NCBI RefSeq assembly: GCF_041917035.1 | Contig: NZ_JAYRYM010000002.1 | Location: 7,863 to 71,862 of the forward strand | DNA: 64,000 nt | Reading direction: 5' to 3' | Origin: Devosia sp. | Lineage (GTDB): Bacteria > Pseudomonadota > Alphaproteobacteria > Rhizobiales > Devosiaceae | In this document: positions 62,743 through 64,000 of the stretch, piece after piece | Layout of the letters: each line of letters begins with the position of its first letter | Position numbering within the stretch: the stretch's first letter is position 1 | Notes under the pieces: model-generated | Seen by the model: the letters and a program-made list of their open reading frames with translations, nothing else | Databases searched by the model: none | Told to the model about the DNA's origin: nothing | Program-made: the position numbers and the translations under genes

Positions 62743-64000
62743 TCACCACCAGCGCGCCGGACTGAAATCGATGGCGGCGCTGCGCTCGATCACCCGCCCG
62801 GCGGCGAACAGGGTCTCTTCGTCGAAGGGCTTGCCGATCAGCTGCAGCCCCAGCGGCAGGCCGGATTCGTCCTTGCCGGCAGGCACGGCGATGCCCGGCA
62901 GTCCCGCCATGTTCACCGTCACCGTGAAGACGTCGTTGAGATACATCTTGACCGGATCGGCCTTCATGTCCTCGTCGCCGATCCCGAAGGCGGCAGACGG
63001 GGTGGCCGGCGTCAGGATGGCGTCGATACCGTCGGCGAACGCCTGCTCGAAGTCGCGCTTGATCAGCGTCCTGACCTTCTGCGCCTGCACGTAGTAGGCG
63101 TCATAGTATCCCGCCGAGAGCACGTAGGTGCCGATCATGATCCGACGCTTGACCTCGCGGCCGAAGCCCGCCGCGCGGCTCAGCTCATAGAGGTCGGTGA
63201 TGTCCTTGCCGGTCACCCGCAGCCCGTACTTCACCCCGTCATAGCGCGCGAGGTTCGACGAGGCCTCGGCCGGCGCCACGATGTAATAGGCCGGCAGCGC
63301 GTATTTGGTGTGCGGAAGCGAGATATCGCGAACCGTCGCGCCCTCCGCCTTCAGCCAGGCGATGCCCTGCTGCCAGAGCGCCTCGATCTCGTCGGGCATG
63401 CCGTCCATGCGATACTCGCGCGGAATGCCGATGGTCAGCCCCCTGACGCCGCGTTCCACGGCCGCGGCGAAGTCCGGCACCGCCCGTTCGGCGCTGGTCG
63501 AGTCCTTGGGGTCGAACCCGGCCATCGATGTCAGCATGATCGCCGCGTCCTCGACGGTGCGGGCGATCGGCCCGGCCTGGTCGAGGGAGGACGCGAAGGC
63601 GACGATACCCCAGCGCGAGCAGCGCCCATAGGTCGGCTTGATGCCGACGGTTCCGGTCAGCGCTGCCGGCTGCCGGATCGATCCACCGGTGTCGGTCGCC
63701 GTCGCCGCGGCACACAGCCACGCCGAAACCGCCGCCGCCGAACCGCCCGAGGAGCCACCCGGCACCAATTGCGCGTTGGAGCCTTCGGCGCGCCACGGGT
63801 TGATCACCGGCCCGTAATAGGACGTCTCGTTTGACGAGCCCATGGCGAACTCGTCCATGTTGAGCTTGCCCAGCATGACCGCGCCGTCCCGCCAGAGGTT
63901 GGACGTGACGCTCGATTCGTACTCCGGCTTGAACCCGTCGAGGATATGGCTCGCCGCCTGCGTGTGGACGCCCGTCGTGGCGAACAGGTCCTTGATGCCG
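62743..64000 (-). CDS. gatA: Asp/Glu-tRNA amidotransferase subunit A (partial, start beyond right edge)
   Basis: [45 protein letters not shown]. Confidence 0.97.
   Translation of the reverse strand, partial: GIKDLFATTGVHTQAASHILDGFKPEYESSVTSNLWRDGAVMLGKLNMDEFAMGSSNETSYYGPVINPWRAEGSNAQLVPGGSSGGSAAAVSAWLCAAATATDTGGSIRQPAALTGTVGIKPTYGRCSRWGIVAFASSLDQAGPIARTVEDAAIMLTSMAGFDPKDSTSAERAVPDFAAAVERGVRGLTIGIPREYRMDGMPDEIEALWQQGIAWLKAEGATVRDISLPHTKYALPAYYIVAPAEASSNLARYDGVKYGLRVTGKDITDLYELSRAAGFGREVKRRIMIGTYVLSAGYYDAYYVQAQKVRTLIKRDFEQAFADGIDAILTPATPSAAFGIGDEDMKADPVKMYLNDVFTVTVNMAGLPGIAVPAGKDESGLPLGLQLIGKPFDEETLFAAGRVIERSAAIDFSPARWW

Overview
A GC-rich chromosomal segment from an alphaproteobacterium. The gene order, the GTTC-N7-GTTC LexA box and the Bru-RS/RIME-like repeats point to Hyphomicrobiales, possibly Devosia-like (inference). 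The core backbone is pdhC-pdhB-pdhA-ftsB-eno, amn, maeB, aspS, rnd, ppx-ppk1-hdaA-perM/purM-purN and gatB-gatA, interleaved with many small accessory genes. No rRNA, tRNA, CRISPR array, integrase or transposase was seen. Best leads: (1) a yjhX/topAI toxin gene between gatA and gatB, preceded by an 8-codon uORF (MSSLPEIA) embedded in a long hairpin, resembling a ribosome-sensing attenuator, followed by a LexA-boxed dinB; (2) a near-consensus RutR operator in front of a TTC38-like TPR gene and a P1/S58 peptidase; (3) a yeast-Fcy1-like cytosine deaminase packed inside the PDH operon; (4) three MNT-HEPN toxin-antitoxin modules in about 11 kb, two decayed, plus a relic of a fourth toxin; (5) a secreted protein of four tandem two-cysteine domains; (6) an uncharacterised M20-ABC-ALDH-SDR catabolic operon. 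All calls come from motif recognition by eye; no database searches were run.
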